Source: Bryobacterales bacterium
GTDB taxonomy: Bacteria; Acidobacteriota; Terriglobia; Bryobacterales; Bryobacteraceae
NCBI GenBank assembly: GCA_003166865.1
Contig: PMUP01000025.1
Location: 240,094-304,093 of the forward strand
Direction of reading: 5' to 3'
Length of the DNA: 64,000 nt
Notes under the pieces: model-generated
Told to the model about the DNA's origin: nothing
Seen by the model: the letters and a program-made list of their open reading frames with translations, nothing else
Databases searched by the model: none
Position numbers and translations under genes: made by a program
Shown here: positions 37,497-46,558 of the stretch, piece by piece
Numbering within the stretch: the stretch's first letter is position 1
Layout of the letters: each line of letters opens with the position of its first letter

Positions 37497-39923
37497 CTAT
37501 TGTCCTCGATTCGCCGCGGTGGCGAGTTGGCCGCTGTTTTTCACCGGACTGCTTCTCATCTGAAATGCCGCGCTCTTCACAATACCCAGGATCACTGCCG
37601 ACCAATGGTAGTCATCGGCAGCGGCCGAGAGGTCGATCGCGCGAACCGTGGGAGCGTCGTAATATTCCAGGCCGCGGCCCAGAGCGTAGGTCAGCATTTT
37701 CTCGGTTACGGTTTTAACGAATTGCGTTTTCTGCGCCATCAAGGCTTGCCGCAATTCTCGCGGACCATTGACCTTCGTGCCGTCCAGCAATACGCCGGAT
37801 GCGTCGATGGCCTGGCCTGCGTCGGTGGCGCGCCACTGCCCGATGGCATCGAAATTTTCCAGGCTTAACCCCAGCGGGTCCATGCGCGCGTGACAGCTCG
37901 CGCATGCGGGATTGGCGCGGTGCATCTCCAGCATTTGCCGGACCGATAAGGGCTTGCCATCTTTGTTGCTCGACTCGAGCGAAGGAACATTGGGCGGAGG
38001 TGCGGGAGGCGGCGCGGAAAGGATATTTTCCAGCACCCATTTGCCCCGGATGGTCGGCGAAGTACGCGTCGTGTACGAGGTGACGGCCAGCACACTAGCC
38101 TTGCCCAGCAGTCCAAAGCGGTTCTCATCGGTGAGGATTACGCGCCGGAAGTGGCTGCCATAGACGCCAGGAATTCCGTAATGGCGTGCCAACTGCTCGT
38201 TGAGAAAGGTCTCGTTCGCCGTCAACAGATCCGCAACGCTCGCGTCCTCTTTCAATTGAGCGTCGAGAAACAGTTCCGTCTCGGTGACGAACGCGGAACG
38301 CAGGTTGTCATCGAACCATGGAAACTTTGTACCGTCCGGATTCAGCAGCCAGACGTTGCGAGTCTCGAGCCAGTCCGAGAAGAAATTGTTGACTAGCGAG
38401 CTGCGCGCGCGCGGGTTGGCGAACATGCGCGAGACTTGCTGCTCGAGAACGGCCGGCTCATGCAATTTCCCGCGGATTGCCAGGTCGAGCAGCGTGTCGT
38501 CCGGAATGCTGCTCCACAAGAAGAACGACAATCGCGAAGCCAGCTCGATGTCGGAAATGCGAGACACGGAGCCCGGCGCGGCGCCCGCGGGATCGGTCTC
38601 AATGCGAAACAGAAAATCGGGGCTCACCAGCACGCGCTCGAGCGCTGCGCGAATCCCGGCCTCAAAGTCTCCGGTCGTGCGTGCGCGTTTGTAAAAACTC
38701 AGCAGGGTCTCGACGTCCGCGTCGTCGGCAGAACGGCGATACGCACGCCGGGCCAATCTGGACAGAATCTTCGTCGCGCAGGGTAGCTCCTCCGCAGCGC
38801 TCGCGGGACGGCACACAAAGACAAGCTGCCGGCTCGGCGAATCGGCCGGCACTTGCGCGTCATAGGGGCCACCGATCAGCAACGATGCAATAGCGATCGG
38901 CGATGTGCCATTGTCGGATGCGCGGCTGAAAAGCGGAAGGCGGTCCGGACCGGGCCCTTCGGCCTCCGCATCGTCGGTTTTGAGCATGGTCGCCATCACC
39001 TGATGCAGGCCGGCCTTTACCGGTACGCGCACCTGCAGCACCTCGTCGCCGTCATAGATAAAGGTTTTCGTTGGCGCTTTGCCACCGCCCAGCGTGAATT
39101 GCCAAATGCGCTTGCCATCCACGCGAATTTCGAATTGAGTGGGCACGTTGAGGCCGCGGATCTCGCTATCCCAAGCCCGTTGCAGACGAAGCTTGAAAAC
39201 ATATTCACCGTCCACTGGAAAATAGTGGCGCGCGGCGACGCCGCCTTTGGATCCCAGCGGAAAGTCTTCGCCCAGCCGGTCTGTCTGGCGAAGATACGTT
39301 TGGTCGTTCGCGTTGTTCTTCAATGCGCCATAGCGCACGAACGCCGGTGGGATGCTGGAATCACCCACGGCCCGGCGCGCGATGGCCGACGCCGCGGATA
39401 CGTATCGATCCAACAACGCCGGTTGCATCGAAAGCGCTTCGGCATTGTTCTCGAACCCGAACGCCTGTTCATCTGGCGGCAGCATGGCCTGGGAGTCCAC
39501 GTCCACCGCGACCAGATCGCGCACGGCGTTGGCGTATTCGGCGCGATTGAGACGATGCAGGCTCGCCGGATGGCCTGGGTTCACATGCGCCGTCGCCACG
39601 CGGTCGATTTCGGATTCCAGGTAACCGGCAACCTTGTCGTAGGTGGCGTTGTCCGGGCGCGGAAGTTTCGGAGGCGGCATCGCACGGCTGCGCAGCTTCG
39701 CAATCACCTTTTCCCAGGTCTCTTGCGAGTTGGAGGGATTGTTCGCGTCGGCCCGGTCCAAAACGAGGCCGGCAGTCTTTAGCTTCTCGTTATGACAAGA
39801 GACGCAATACTCGTTCACCAGCTCGCGAGCGGGGTTGTCGGTGGCAGCGTTTGCCACCACGGCGGCGATCGCGAAGCAAGCCACGCCGAGATAATAAATC
39901 TGCCTCACTGTTCCGCCCTGCAC
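37497..39923 (-). CDS. DUF1592/DUF1595/DUF1587/DUF1588/DUF1585-type protein with planctomycete-type cytochrome c motifs
   Basis: 808 aa. CxxCH occurs at the N-terminus (CVSCHN) and near the C-terminus (CASCHARMDPLGLSLENFD). It is the usual partner of DUF1552. Confidence 0.85.
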   Translation of the reverse strand: MQGGTVRQIYYLGVACFAIAAVVANAATDNPARELVNEYCVSCHNEKLKTAGLVLDRADANNPSNSQETWEKVIAKLRSRAMPPPKLPRPDNATYDKVAGYLESEIDRVATAHVNPGHPASLHRLNRAEYANAVRDLVAVDVDSQAMLPPDEQAFGFENNAEALSMQPALLDRYVSAASAIARRAVGDSSIPPAFVRYGALKNNANDQTYLRQTDRLGEDFPLGSKGGVAARHYFPVDGEYVFKLRLQRAWDSEIRGLNVPTQFEIRVDGKRIWQFTLGGGKAPTKTFIYDGDEVLQVRVPVKAGLHQVMATMLKTDDAEAEGPGPDRLPLFSRASDNGTSPIAIASLLIGGPYDAQVPADSPSRQLVFVCRPASAAEELPCATKILSRLARRAYRRSADDADVETLLSFYKRARTTGDFEAGIRAALERVLVSPDFLFRIETDPAGAAPGSVSRISDIELASRLSFFLWSSIPDDTLLDLAIRGKLHEPAVLEQQVSRMFANPRARSSLVNNFFSDWLETRNVWLLNPDGTKFPWFDDNLRSAFVTETELFLDAQLKEDASVADLLTANETFLNEQLARHYGIPGVYGSHFRRVILTDENRFGLLGKASVLAVTSYTTRTSPTIRGKWVLENILSAPPPAPPPNVPSLESSNKDGKPLSVRQMLEMHRANPACASCHARMDPLGLSLENFDAIGQWRATDAGQAIDASGVLLDGTKVNGPRELRQALMAQKTQFVKTVTEKMLTYALGRGLEYYDAPTVRAIDLSAAADDYHWSAVILGIVKSAAFQMRSSPVKNSGQLATAANRGQ

Positions 39924-41458
39924 TTATTCTGAGCCTCGCAGGGATGCCCTAACTTCGGATCGGCGCCATGCTTTACCAGCAGCTCCGCGCCTTCCTTGTT
40001 ATAGAGGACACCGCCCAGCCGGTCGCCGTCGCCGTGCGCCGCAAGATAAGGCGTGACGCCGGCTTTGCTGACCGCATTCACATTGACGCCCAGATCGATC
40101 AATTGCGCCAAAAGTTTATTCCACCCGCGATAGCCCGGGCCAAACAAAGCGTTCTCACCAAACGTTGTCTCGCCTTTAGGGTCGACGCCGAGATCCAACA
40201 GCAGCTTTACGGTCTCCATCGCCTGAGCCTCTGTGACGGTATCCTCTCCGATGGAATGGTTTAGCCCGCCCGCTGCCATGATTGCCGACGCGTTCGAGGC
40301 CGTGAGTATTTTGGGGTCGGCGCCGGCGTCCAACAGAATGCGCATCATCTCGATGTCATTGGCCGAGGCGGCTAGAAGGAAAGGCGTCGCGCCGGTGGCG
40401 TCCAGGTATCCGCCCGCGAACTGCGGCTGCGGTTTCGTCGCGCGCGCGTTCACATTTGCACCGTGGGCCAGCAGGGCTTTCACCAGCCGCAGCTTGGCCT
40501 GGCGATCCGGAATGCCGGACATTGGATCGTCAAAACCGTATACCGGATTCGCGGTGAAGCTTTCCCACTGGCTGGACGCCCAATGCAGGGGTGTAAACCC
40601 CGCCGCGATGTTGTTGGGATCGGCGCCATGCTCCATCAGATACAGCGCGAGGTCCACCTGGCCGCGCACGACGGCCACCAGCAATGGAGTGTACCCGAGG
40701 GTGCCCTGGCTCTTGGCAATCCCGAGGAAAGACGAAACACGGTTCGTAGTGCCCTCGGCAGTCTGCGTCAGCATGTTGACGTCGACTCCGGCGGCCGTCA
40801 ACAACTTTACGTTTTCCAGGTCACCCAGGCGTGCCGCAAAGTGAATTGCCGTGAATCCCTGTTTGGTATTGGCCGTGAGATCCGCATGCGCGTCGATGAG
40901 CGCCTTCACAACATCGGGGTGACGCTCCGCCGCGGCCCACATCAACGCCGTCTGATTCTGGGCCGGCTCTTTCGCGTTCAGCGCCGCGCCGTACTCGATC
41001 AGCATGCGAACCGCGTCCACGCTGCCGCTCTTGGCGCAAGTCATCAGCGGAGTTACGCCGGTGGCTACGGCCAAGTTTGGATTGGCGCCCGATTTCAAGA
41101 GTGACCGCACCAACGCGGAATTTCCGTTGGTGCAGGCTTCCGATAGCGGCGTCATTCGGAATTCATTTACGGCGTTCGCATCCGCACCGGCGCCGAGCAG
41201 CAGGTTCGCTGTGTCCAAATCGTTCCAATGCGTCAGCCAAAGGAGCGCCGTCGACCCGTCGCTGGACGGGGCATTCACGTCAACCTTTTGAGTCACGAGC
41301 GCGCGAACGGCCTTTTGGTCTTGGTTTCTGGCAGCCTCCACCAGTCGCGAATCGGTTGGTTCCGCCGCGTACGACAAACCAGACGCAAGGAGCAGCGTCA
41401 ACGCCACCGCTGGCCCGCAGTGCTTGTTGAAGTGATCAAACATTCCGCGCCCTCTCAA
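39905..41458 (-). CDS. Secreted ankyrin-repeat protein
   Basis: 517 aa. Signal peptide (VALTLLLASGLSYAAEP). More than 10 ankyrin-like repeats (G.T.L..A......V..LL..GAD.N). Its 3' end overlaps the next gene by 19 nt. Confidence 0.85.
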   Translation of the reverse strand: MRGRGMFDHFNKHCGPAVALTLLLASGLSYAAEPTDSRLVEAARNQDQKAVRALVTQKVDVNAPSSDGSTALLWLTHWNDLDTANLLLGAGADANAVNEFRMTPLSEACTNGNSALVRSLLKSGANPNLAVATGVTPLMTCAKSGSVDAVRMLIEYGAALNAKEPAQNQTALMWAAAERHPDVVKALIDAHADLTANTKQGFTAIHFAARLGDLENVKLLTAAGVDVNMLTQTAEGTTNRVSSFLGIAKSQGTLGYTPLLVAVVRGQVDLALYLMEHGADPNNIAAGFTPLHWASSQWESFTANPVYGFDDPMSGIPDRQAKLRLVKALLAHGANVNARATKPQPQFAGGYLDATGATPFLLAASANDIEMMRILLDAGADPKILTASNASAIMAAGGLNHSIGEDTVTEAQAMETVKLLLDLGVDPKGETTFGENALFGPGYRGWNKLLAQLIDLGVNVNAVSKAGVTPYLAAHGDGDRLGGVLYNKEGAELLVKHGADPKLGHPCEAQNKCRAEQ

Positions 41459-41728
41459 TTGTGGCTCGCAGCCATTATATGAGATTCGAACCTCTCAGGC
41501 TGCAGTCATCGTTCGCGAACTTCGCCGGTGCCTACGAGTTTTCCGCTGTTTACCCTAGCCGAAATCCGCCGCCTGCCGATGGAATGACTGAGGCGTGGCG
41601 AGAACGCATTTGAACAGAAATTAATGCGGCGTATCTTACTGATTATGCAGCCTCCCACAACCCATGGTACGTCCAAACCGTGGGACTGCCCGCGCCCGGT
41701 GATATATTTTAGAGTCATAAGTTAGTCC

Positions 41729-44275
41729 ATGCCCTTTCAGATTCAACCTGTTAAGGAATTCCTAGTCCGCCCCGCTCTGCCGCCAGCTCTCTCCCGGATG
41801 AGTGACCTCGCCAATAATCTCCTCTGGAGCTGGGATCACACCGTCCGATCGCTGTTCCGGCGGCTGGATTCGGCGCTTTGGAAGAATTGCCGCCACAATC
41901 CTGTTTTGATGCTGGGCCGCGTTCCGCAGGCGACGCTGGAGCGTGCGGCCGGCGATCCTCGCTTTCTCGGCGCGTATCGGAAAGCCTGCGAACGCTATTC
42001 CAGCTATCTGGAGCGCTCCGAACCAAGCGACGATCGGCTGATCGCCTATTTTTCCATGGAATACGGCATGGTGGAATGCATGCCGATCTACGGCGGCGGC
42101 CTCGGCGTGCTTTCGGGCGATCACTTGAAGGCCGCCAGTGACGGCGATGTTCCCTTGGTTGCCGTGGGTCTGCTGTACCAGAAGGGCTATCTGCAGCAAG
42201 CCCTTAACCCAGATGGCTGGCAGCAAGAGCGCAACCCCGTCAACGACTTCTATACTCTTCCTGTCCGGCCCGTGTGTGACGAAGATGGCCGCGAGATGAC
42301 GGTGCAGGTGAAACTACCCAGCGGTGCGGTAGTGATCAAGATCTGGCAAATTGCAGTAGGGCGTGTAAAACTCTACCTGCTCGATACGAACACTGCGGAA
42401 AACACTGTCGAACACCGCGAGATCACCGATCAACTCTACGGCGGCGACATTCTCACCCGGATCCGGCAAGAAATTGTCTTGGGGATTGGCGGCCTGCGCG
42501 CCCTCGACCGGCTCGGCCTGAAGCCCACCGTGTGGCACATGAACGAAGGTCACTCGGCCTTCCTGGCGATCGAACGCATGCGGCGCCTCATCAAAGAGTA
42601 CAAGCTGTCCTTTGAGGAGGCGCTGGAGGCTTGCCGTTCCAATAGTGTCTTCACTACTCATACTTCCGTCCCCGCCGGGATCGACCTGTTCGAGCCGGGT
42701 CTTCTGTACGAATACTTCGGCGAGTATTGCGACGAAGCCGGCATACCGTTTGAGAAGTTCTTGGCGCTGGGCCGGTTCCGTCCCGAGAATCATCAAGCAC
42801 CATTCTCGATGGCTATCTCCGCCATTCAGACTTCCGCCTTTCGCAACGCGGTTAGCAGCCTGCATCGCCTGGTTTCGCAAGAAATGTGGCAGGAGTTGTG
42901 GCCCAAGCTGCCGGTATGGGAAGTTCCGATCACATCGGTCACCAATGGCGTGCACTTGCTGACCTGGCTGAACGGCGATCTGGCGCTGCTCTACGATCAG
43001 TATCTGCAGCCGGATTGGCGGGAGCGCAACGCCGATCCCAGAATCTGGGATTTGGTCGAAGACATGCCCTCGCAGGAGCTGTGGGAGGCGCATCGCCGCC
43101 GGAAGCGCTACCTGGTGGCCTTCGTGCGCGAGCGCGTGGTGGCCGCGGCCATGGCCCGCAAAGCCTCCTCCGCCGAACAGCGCCGTCTGGCCGAGGTGCT
43201 CGACCCCGATACTTTCACCATCGGTTTCGCGCGCCGCTTTGCCACCTACAAGCGCGCCACCCTGCTATTCCGCGATGTCGAGCGGCTCAAGCGGCTCTTG
43301 ACCAATCCCGACCGCCCAGTCCAGATTGTCATTGCCGGAAAGGCGCACCCCCGCGATCTGCCGGGCAAGACGCTCATCCGCGAAATCGTCCAGCTTTCGC
43401 GCGCGCCCGAAATCTCCAAGCACATCGTGTTTGTCGAAGACTACAGCATTGAAGTGGCCCGCGAGATGGTGCAGGGAGTCGACCTTTGGCTGAACACCCC
43501 CCGCCGCGGCGAGGAAGCTTGTGGAACCAGCGGCATGAAAGCGGGGATCAACGGAGTGCTCAATCTGAGCATCTTGGACGGCTGGTTCGACGAAGCTTAC
43601 GAAATTTCGGGTGGGTGGGCTATTGGAGACCGGGAGCAGTACTCCCAGGACCAGGACGAAACCCACGCCCGCGCCATCTACTCCATATTGGAAAACGAAA
43701 TCGTGCCGATGTACTATCAGGATCGCGAGAGTGGCGTTCCGGTGGAATGGATTCGCCGCGTGAAGCAGTCCTTGAAGCATCTCAGCCACCAGTTCAACTC
43801 CGGGCGGATGGTCGGCGAGTACCTGTCGCAATTGTACGAACCGGCCCACCAGGCCTGTCTGGAAATCTCGCACGATTGCTTCCAGCCGGCCCGCCAGCGA
43901 GCGAATTGGAACCTGCGGGTGCAGCAGGTGTGGGATAAGGTCGGATTTGTGGCGATTGGCCCGGGCCCCGAGGTTTCGGTCTTGGCGGGCGTTCCCATTC
44001 CGGTTCGCGCCGTTGTGAATCTGGCCGGCCTTTCGCCCGGCGACGTGCGCGTGGAGGCGGTGGTGGGACGCATTGGCGTGAATGGAAACCTGGAGGAGAC
44101 TCAGGTGATGAGTCTTCCGGCGGTGGAGCAAAACGGTAACGACTGCGTATTTCTCAAGGAGTTTGTGCCTCATCAAACCGGCAGGCTCGGTTATTCGCTC
44201 CGAATCAGCCCCAATCACTACGATGATCCCCTGACACGGCCTTGTAATTCTTTATTGAAATGGAGCGGGGAGTAA
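41729..44275 (+). CDS. glgP: Alpha-glucan phosphorylase (GT35, alpha-glucan family with DUF3417-type N-terminus)
   Basis: 848 aa. PLP-lysine region EACGTSGMKAGINGVLNLSILDGWF. Confidence 0.9.
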   Translation: MPFQIQPVKEFLVRPALPPALSRMSDLANNLLWSWDHTVRSLFRRLDSALWKNCRHNPVLMLGRVPQATLERAAGDPRFLGAYRKACERYSSYLERSEPSDDRLIAYFSMEYGMVECMPIYGGGLGVLSGDHLKAASDGDVPLVAVGLLYQKGYLQQALNPDGWQQERNPVNDFYTLPVRPVCDEDGREMTVQVKLPSGAVVIKIWQIAVGRVKLYLLDTNTAENTVEHREITDQLYGGDILTRIRQEIVLGIGGLRALDRLGLKPTVWHMNEGHSAFLAIERMRRLIKEYKLSFEEALEACRSNSVFTTHTSVPAGIDLFEPGLLYEYFGEYCDEAGIPFEKFLALGRFRPENHQAPFSMAISAIQTSAFRNAVSSLHRLVSQEMWQELWPKLPVWEVPITSVTNGVHLLTWLNGDLALLYDQYLQPDWRERNADPRIWDLVEDMPSQELWEAHRRRKRYLVAFVRERVVAAAMARKASSAEQRRLAEVLDPDTFTIGFARRFATYKRATLLFRDVERLKRLLTNPDRPVQIVIAGKAHPRDLPGKTLIREIVQLSRAPEISKHIVFVEDYSIEVAREMVQGVDLWLNTPRRGEEACGTSGMKAGINGVLNLSILDGWFDEAYEISGGWAIGDREQYSQDQDETHARAIYSILENEIVPMYYQDRESGVPVEWIRRVKQSLKHLSHQFNSGRMVGEYLSQLYEPAHQACLEISHDCFQPARQRANWNLRVQQVWDKVGFVAIGPGPEVSVLAGVPIPVRAVVNLAGLSPGDVRVEAVVGRIGVNGNLEETQVMSLPAVEQNGNDCVFLKEFVPHQTGRLGYSLRISPNHYDDPLTRPCNSLLKWSGE

Positions 44276-44572
44276 GCGGATTCGCGTAAAGCTTTGTGGT
44301 GTAACGGATACCGCCTGTGGATCGCGGTTAGATTTCAGTAGCTTCTGCGAGTGATTCGTGGTACATACTATGTAGGCGCAAGCGGAACAATGTCTTTTCC
44401 AGCTTCAGCCGGTTCCCGCAGAAATCCTCCGCATTGACCCTCAAGCATGTCGGCACAGGGCGGGACGCCCCACAAACGTATAGAGAAAAGCGAAGCACTA
44501 AAAAGTCTCGATTACATCCGATCAAACCGGTTAGTGGTGCGAGATCTCAAGTTCTAGGAATCGATTTAACAC

Positions 44573-45058
44573 ATGGACGACGACCGTAAGTATAGACAGC
44601 GGGGCTACATGGATTCCAATGGCGGATCCAGCGATCGCCGGCTCCCCGACCGGTCCAAGCCTTCCGGCCCCCGGCCGCCTCTGGACGTCACCGGCCCCCG
44701 GCTCCCCCGCCTGCTCCAAAGCGTGGTGGCCGCGCGCTGTTTTAACTGCTCCACCGCGCTTTCGCCGGACGCGGATTGGAAAGGCAAGTGTCCCAAATGC
44801 GGCGTAGCCTTGCATTGCTGCAAGCAATGCGCGCACTTTGAACCTTCCACTCGCTTTCAGTGCCTGAAGCCGATTCTGGCGCGGATCGCGGGCAAGGATC
44901 AAGCCAACGAGTGCGACCTGTTTAAACCGCGCGTTACGGTGGCCCGCGACTCTGCGCCCGCCAACAACCATGCGGCTGGCGCTCAGCAACAACAAGCCCC
45001 GCGAACGCCGACCGACGCCCGCGCGGCATTCGACAGTTTATTCAAGAAGCCCGAGTAA
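44573..45058 (+). CDS. Cys-rich (zinc-ribbon-like) hypothetical protein
   Basis: 161 aa. CFNC...CPKC...CCKQC pattern. Its 3' end overlaps the convergent accD by 17 nt. Confidence 0.55.
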   Translation: MDDDRKYRQRGYMDSNGGSSDRRLPDRSKPSGPRPPLDVTGPRLPRLLQSVVAARCFNCSTALSPDADWKGKCPKCGVALHCCKQCAHFEPSTRFQCLKPILARIAGKDQANECDLFKPRVTVARDSAPANNHAAGAQQQQAPRTPTDARAAFDSLFKKPE

Positions 45059-45944
45059 CGCGGTTTTTCTGGCTGTCCTGCCCGGCGTTTTGCTCCGCGG
45101 GCAGCAGAAAGAAATCCAGGGCCTTGCTCAGATAGTTCTTCAAGTCGGCGCGTTTCACTAACGCATCCAGGAAGCCGTGTTGCAGCAAAAACTCGCTGGT
45201 TTGAAAGCCGGCCGGCAGCTTCTGCCGGATGGTCTGTTCGATCACCCGCGGGCCCGCGAAGCCGATCTGCGCGCCTGGTTCGGCCACATTCAGATCGCCC
45301 AGCATCGCGAAACTGGCCGTCACGCCGCCCGTGGTCGGGTCCGTCAGCACGCTGATGTAGGGAATGCGGGCTTCGTCCAGCCGCATCAGCGCGGCGGAGA
45401 TCTTGGCCATCTGCATCAGGCTGATCGCGCCCTCCTGCATGCGCGCGCCCCCCGACGCCGAGACGATAATCAGAGGAACCGTGTGCTGGATGGACCGTTC
45501 AATGGCGCGCGTGATCACCTCGCCCACCACGGTCCCCATGCTGCCGCCCACAAACTTCAGCTCCATGGCGCACACATACACGCGGCGGCCGTTCAGTTTG
45601 CCGCCCCCGGAGATGATCGCGTCGCGTAGCTGCGTGGCTGCTTGCGAGGCAGCCAGGCGGTCGCTGTATTTCTTGGAGTCGACAAATGCCAGCGGATCGG
45701 TGGAGGCCAGCCCCTGATCGAACTCTTCGAATTTGCCTTCGTCGAACAGCATGGCCAGGCGCGTTCGCGCGTCCAGGCGTCCATGGTGCCCACACTTGGG
45801 GCAAACCTGGAAATTGTCTTCCAGCGCCTTGCGCCACACGATCTGGCCGCAGCGCTCGCATTTCAGCCACAGGCCCTCGGTGCGTACGCGCTTCTCGCCG
45901 TCCCCGCGTTTCACCGCGGGCTTATCTCGAGTGAACCAAGCCAT
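45042..45944 (-). CDS. accD: Acetyl-CoA carboxylase carboxyltransferase beta subunit
   Basis: N-terminal zinc ribbon CERCGQ...CPKCGHH plus a carboxyltransferase domain. Confidence 0.95.
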   Translation of the reverse strand: MAWFTRDKPAVKRGDGEKRVRTEGLWLKCERCGQIVWRKALEDNFQVCPKCGHHGRLDARTRLAMLFDEGKFEEFDQGLASTDPLAFVDSKKYSDRLAASQAATQLRDAIISGGGKLNGRRVYVCAMELKFVGGSMGTVVGEVITRAIERSIQHTVPLIIVSASGGARMQEGAISLMQMAKISAALMRLDEARIPYISVLTDPTTGGVTASFAMLGDLNVAEPGAQIGFAGPRVIEQTIRQKLPAGFQTSEFLLQHGFLDALVKRADLKNYLSKALDFFLLPAEQNAGQDSQKNRVTRAS

Positions 45945-45969
45945 GCAGCCTTCAGTATAGGTGCTAGCC

Positions 45970-46041
45970 AGCCCGCAAAGGGTGCGGCGGCACCCTCGAT
46001 TCGCCCAAGCAACTCTGCCGCCGCACTCCGTTTTGCGGGCT
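45970..46041. repeat. Long interrupted inverted repeat (10 + 11 bp arms, 23-nt loop) between rlmH and accD
   Basis: agcccgcaaa (45970-45979) pairs with tttgcgggct (46032-46041). gtgcggcggca (45982-45992) pairs with tgccgccgcac (46016-46026). Confidence 0.8.
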
Positions 46042-46070
46042 CTTACTCACCTTGCGCTTGACGCAGTGCG

Positions 46071-46520
46071 CTATTTCGGGTAGGGATGTCCGCGCAGCAG
46101 CGTGAAGGCCCGGTAAATCTGTTCGGCCAGCACCACCCGCGCCAGCTCGTGCGGCATGGTCATTTCCGAAAGCGATAGCAGCAGGTCGCCGTTTTTTCGC
46201 CCGGCGTTTTCGCGCCCGCCTTTTTCACGCCACGCCGGAGGCAGCCCCTCTGCACCGCCGACCAGGAAAATCAGGTCGCGCGCGGCCTGCTCGGCTCCCG
46301 AAACCAAGCGGGCGAATTGCGCCGAGTCCATTCGTTTGCCGGCCGGATCCAGCAGCACTTTCGTCGCGGCCGGGTGCTTGATCCAAGGATCGAAACGGGC
46401 CGGCTGAATCTCGCGCATTTCACAACGGCCAAAGCGCGTGGAACGCTTGATGAATTCGTCGGCCATGCCGTTGGCGTGCGGGTCTCGTGGCTTGCCGACG
46501 TAGTAAAGTAGCACCTTCAT
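46071..46520 (-). CDS. rlmH: 23S rRNA (pseudouridine1915-N3)-methyltransferase RlmH
   Basis: MKVLLYYVGKP...LSLSEMTMPHELARVVLAEQIYRAFTLLRGHPYPK is typical of this SPOUT family. Confidence 0.9.
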   Translation of the reverse strand: MKVLLYYVGKPRDPHANGMADEFIKRSTRFGRCEMREIQPARFDPWIKHPAATKVLLDPAGKRMDSAQFARLVSGAEQAARDLIFLVGGAEGLPPAWREKGGRENAGRKNGDLLLSLSEMTMPHELARVVLAEQIYRAFTLLRGHPYPK

Positions 46521-46558
46521 GTCATCGCGGGCTTCCATTTACGATACTCTAGGAACAT

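Noticed and set aside
41482-41497. GAGAGGTTCGAATCTC on the minus strand, resembling a tRNA T-arm/T-loop
   Set aside because: The stem would enclose an 8-nt loop. No matching acceptor stem, anticodon arm or D-arm could be built from the adjacent sequence. At most it is a tRNA fragment or a chance hairpin in the ankyrin-gene promoter region.
46187-46230. Quasi-repeat of GC clusters alternating with T-runs (cgccgttttttcgcccggcgttttcgcgcccgcctttttc), resembling stacked terminators
   Set aside because: It lies inside rlmH and on the coding strand simply encodes a Lys/Arg/Gly-rich surface loop (EKGGRENAGRKNGD). That loop is only about 8 residues longer than my recollection of the E. coli RlmH loop at this position. 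No independent function is needed.
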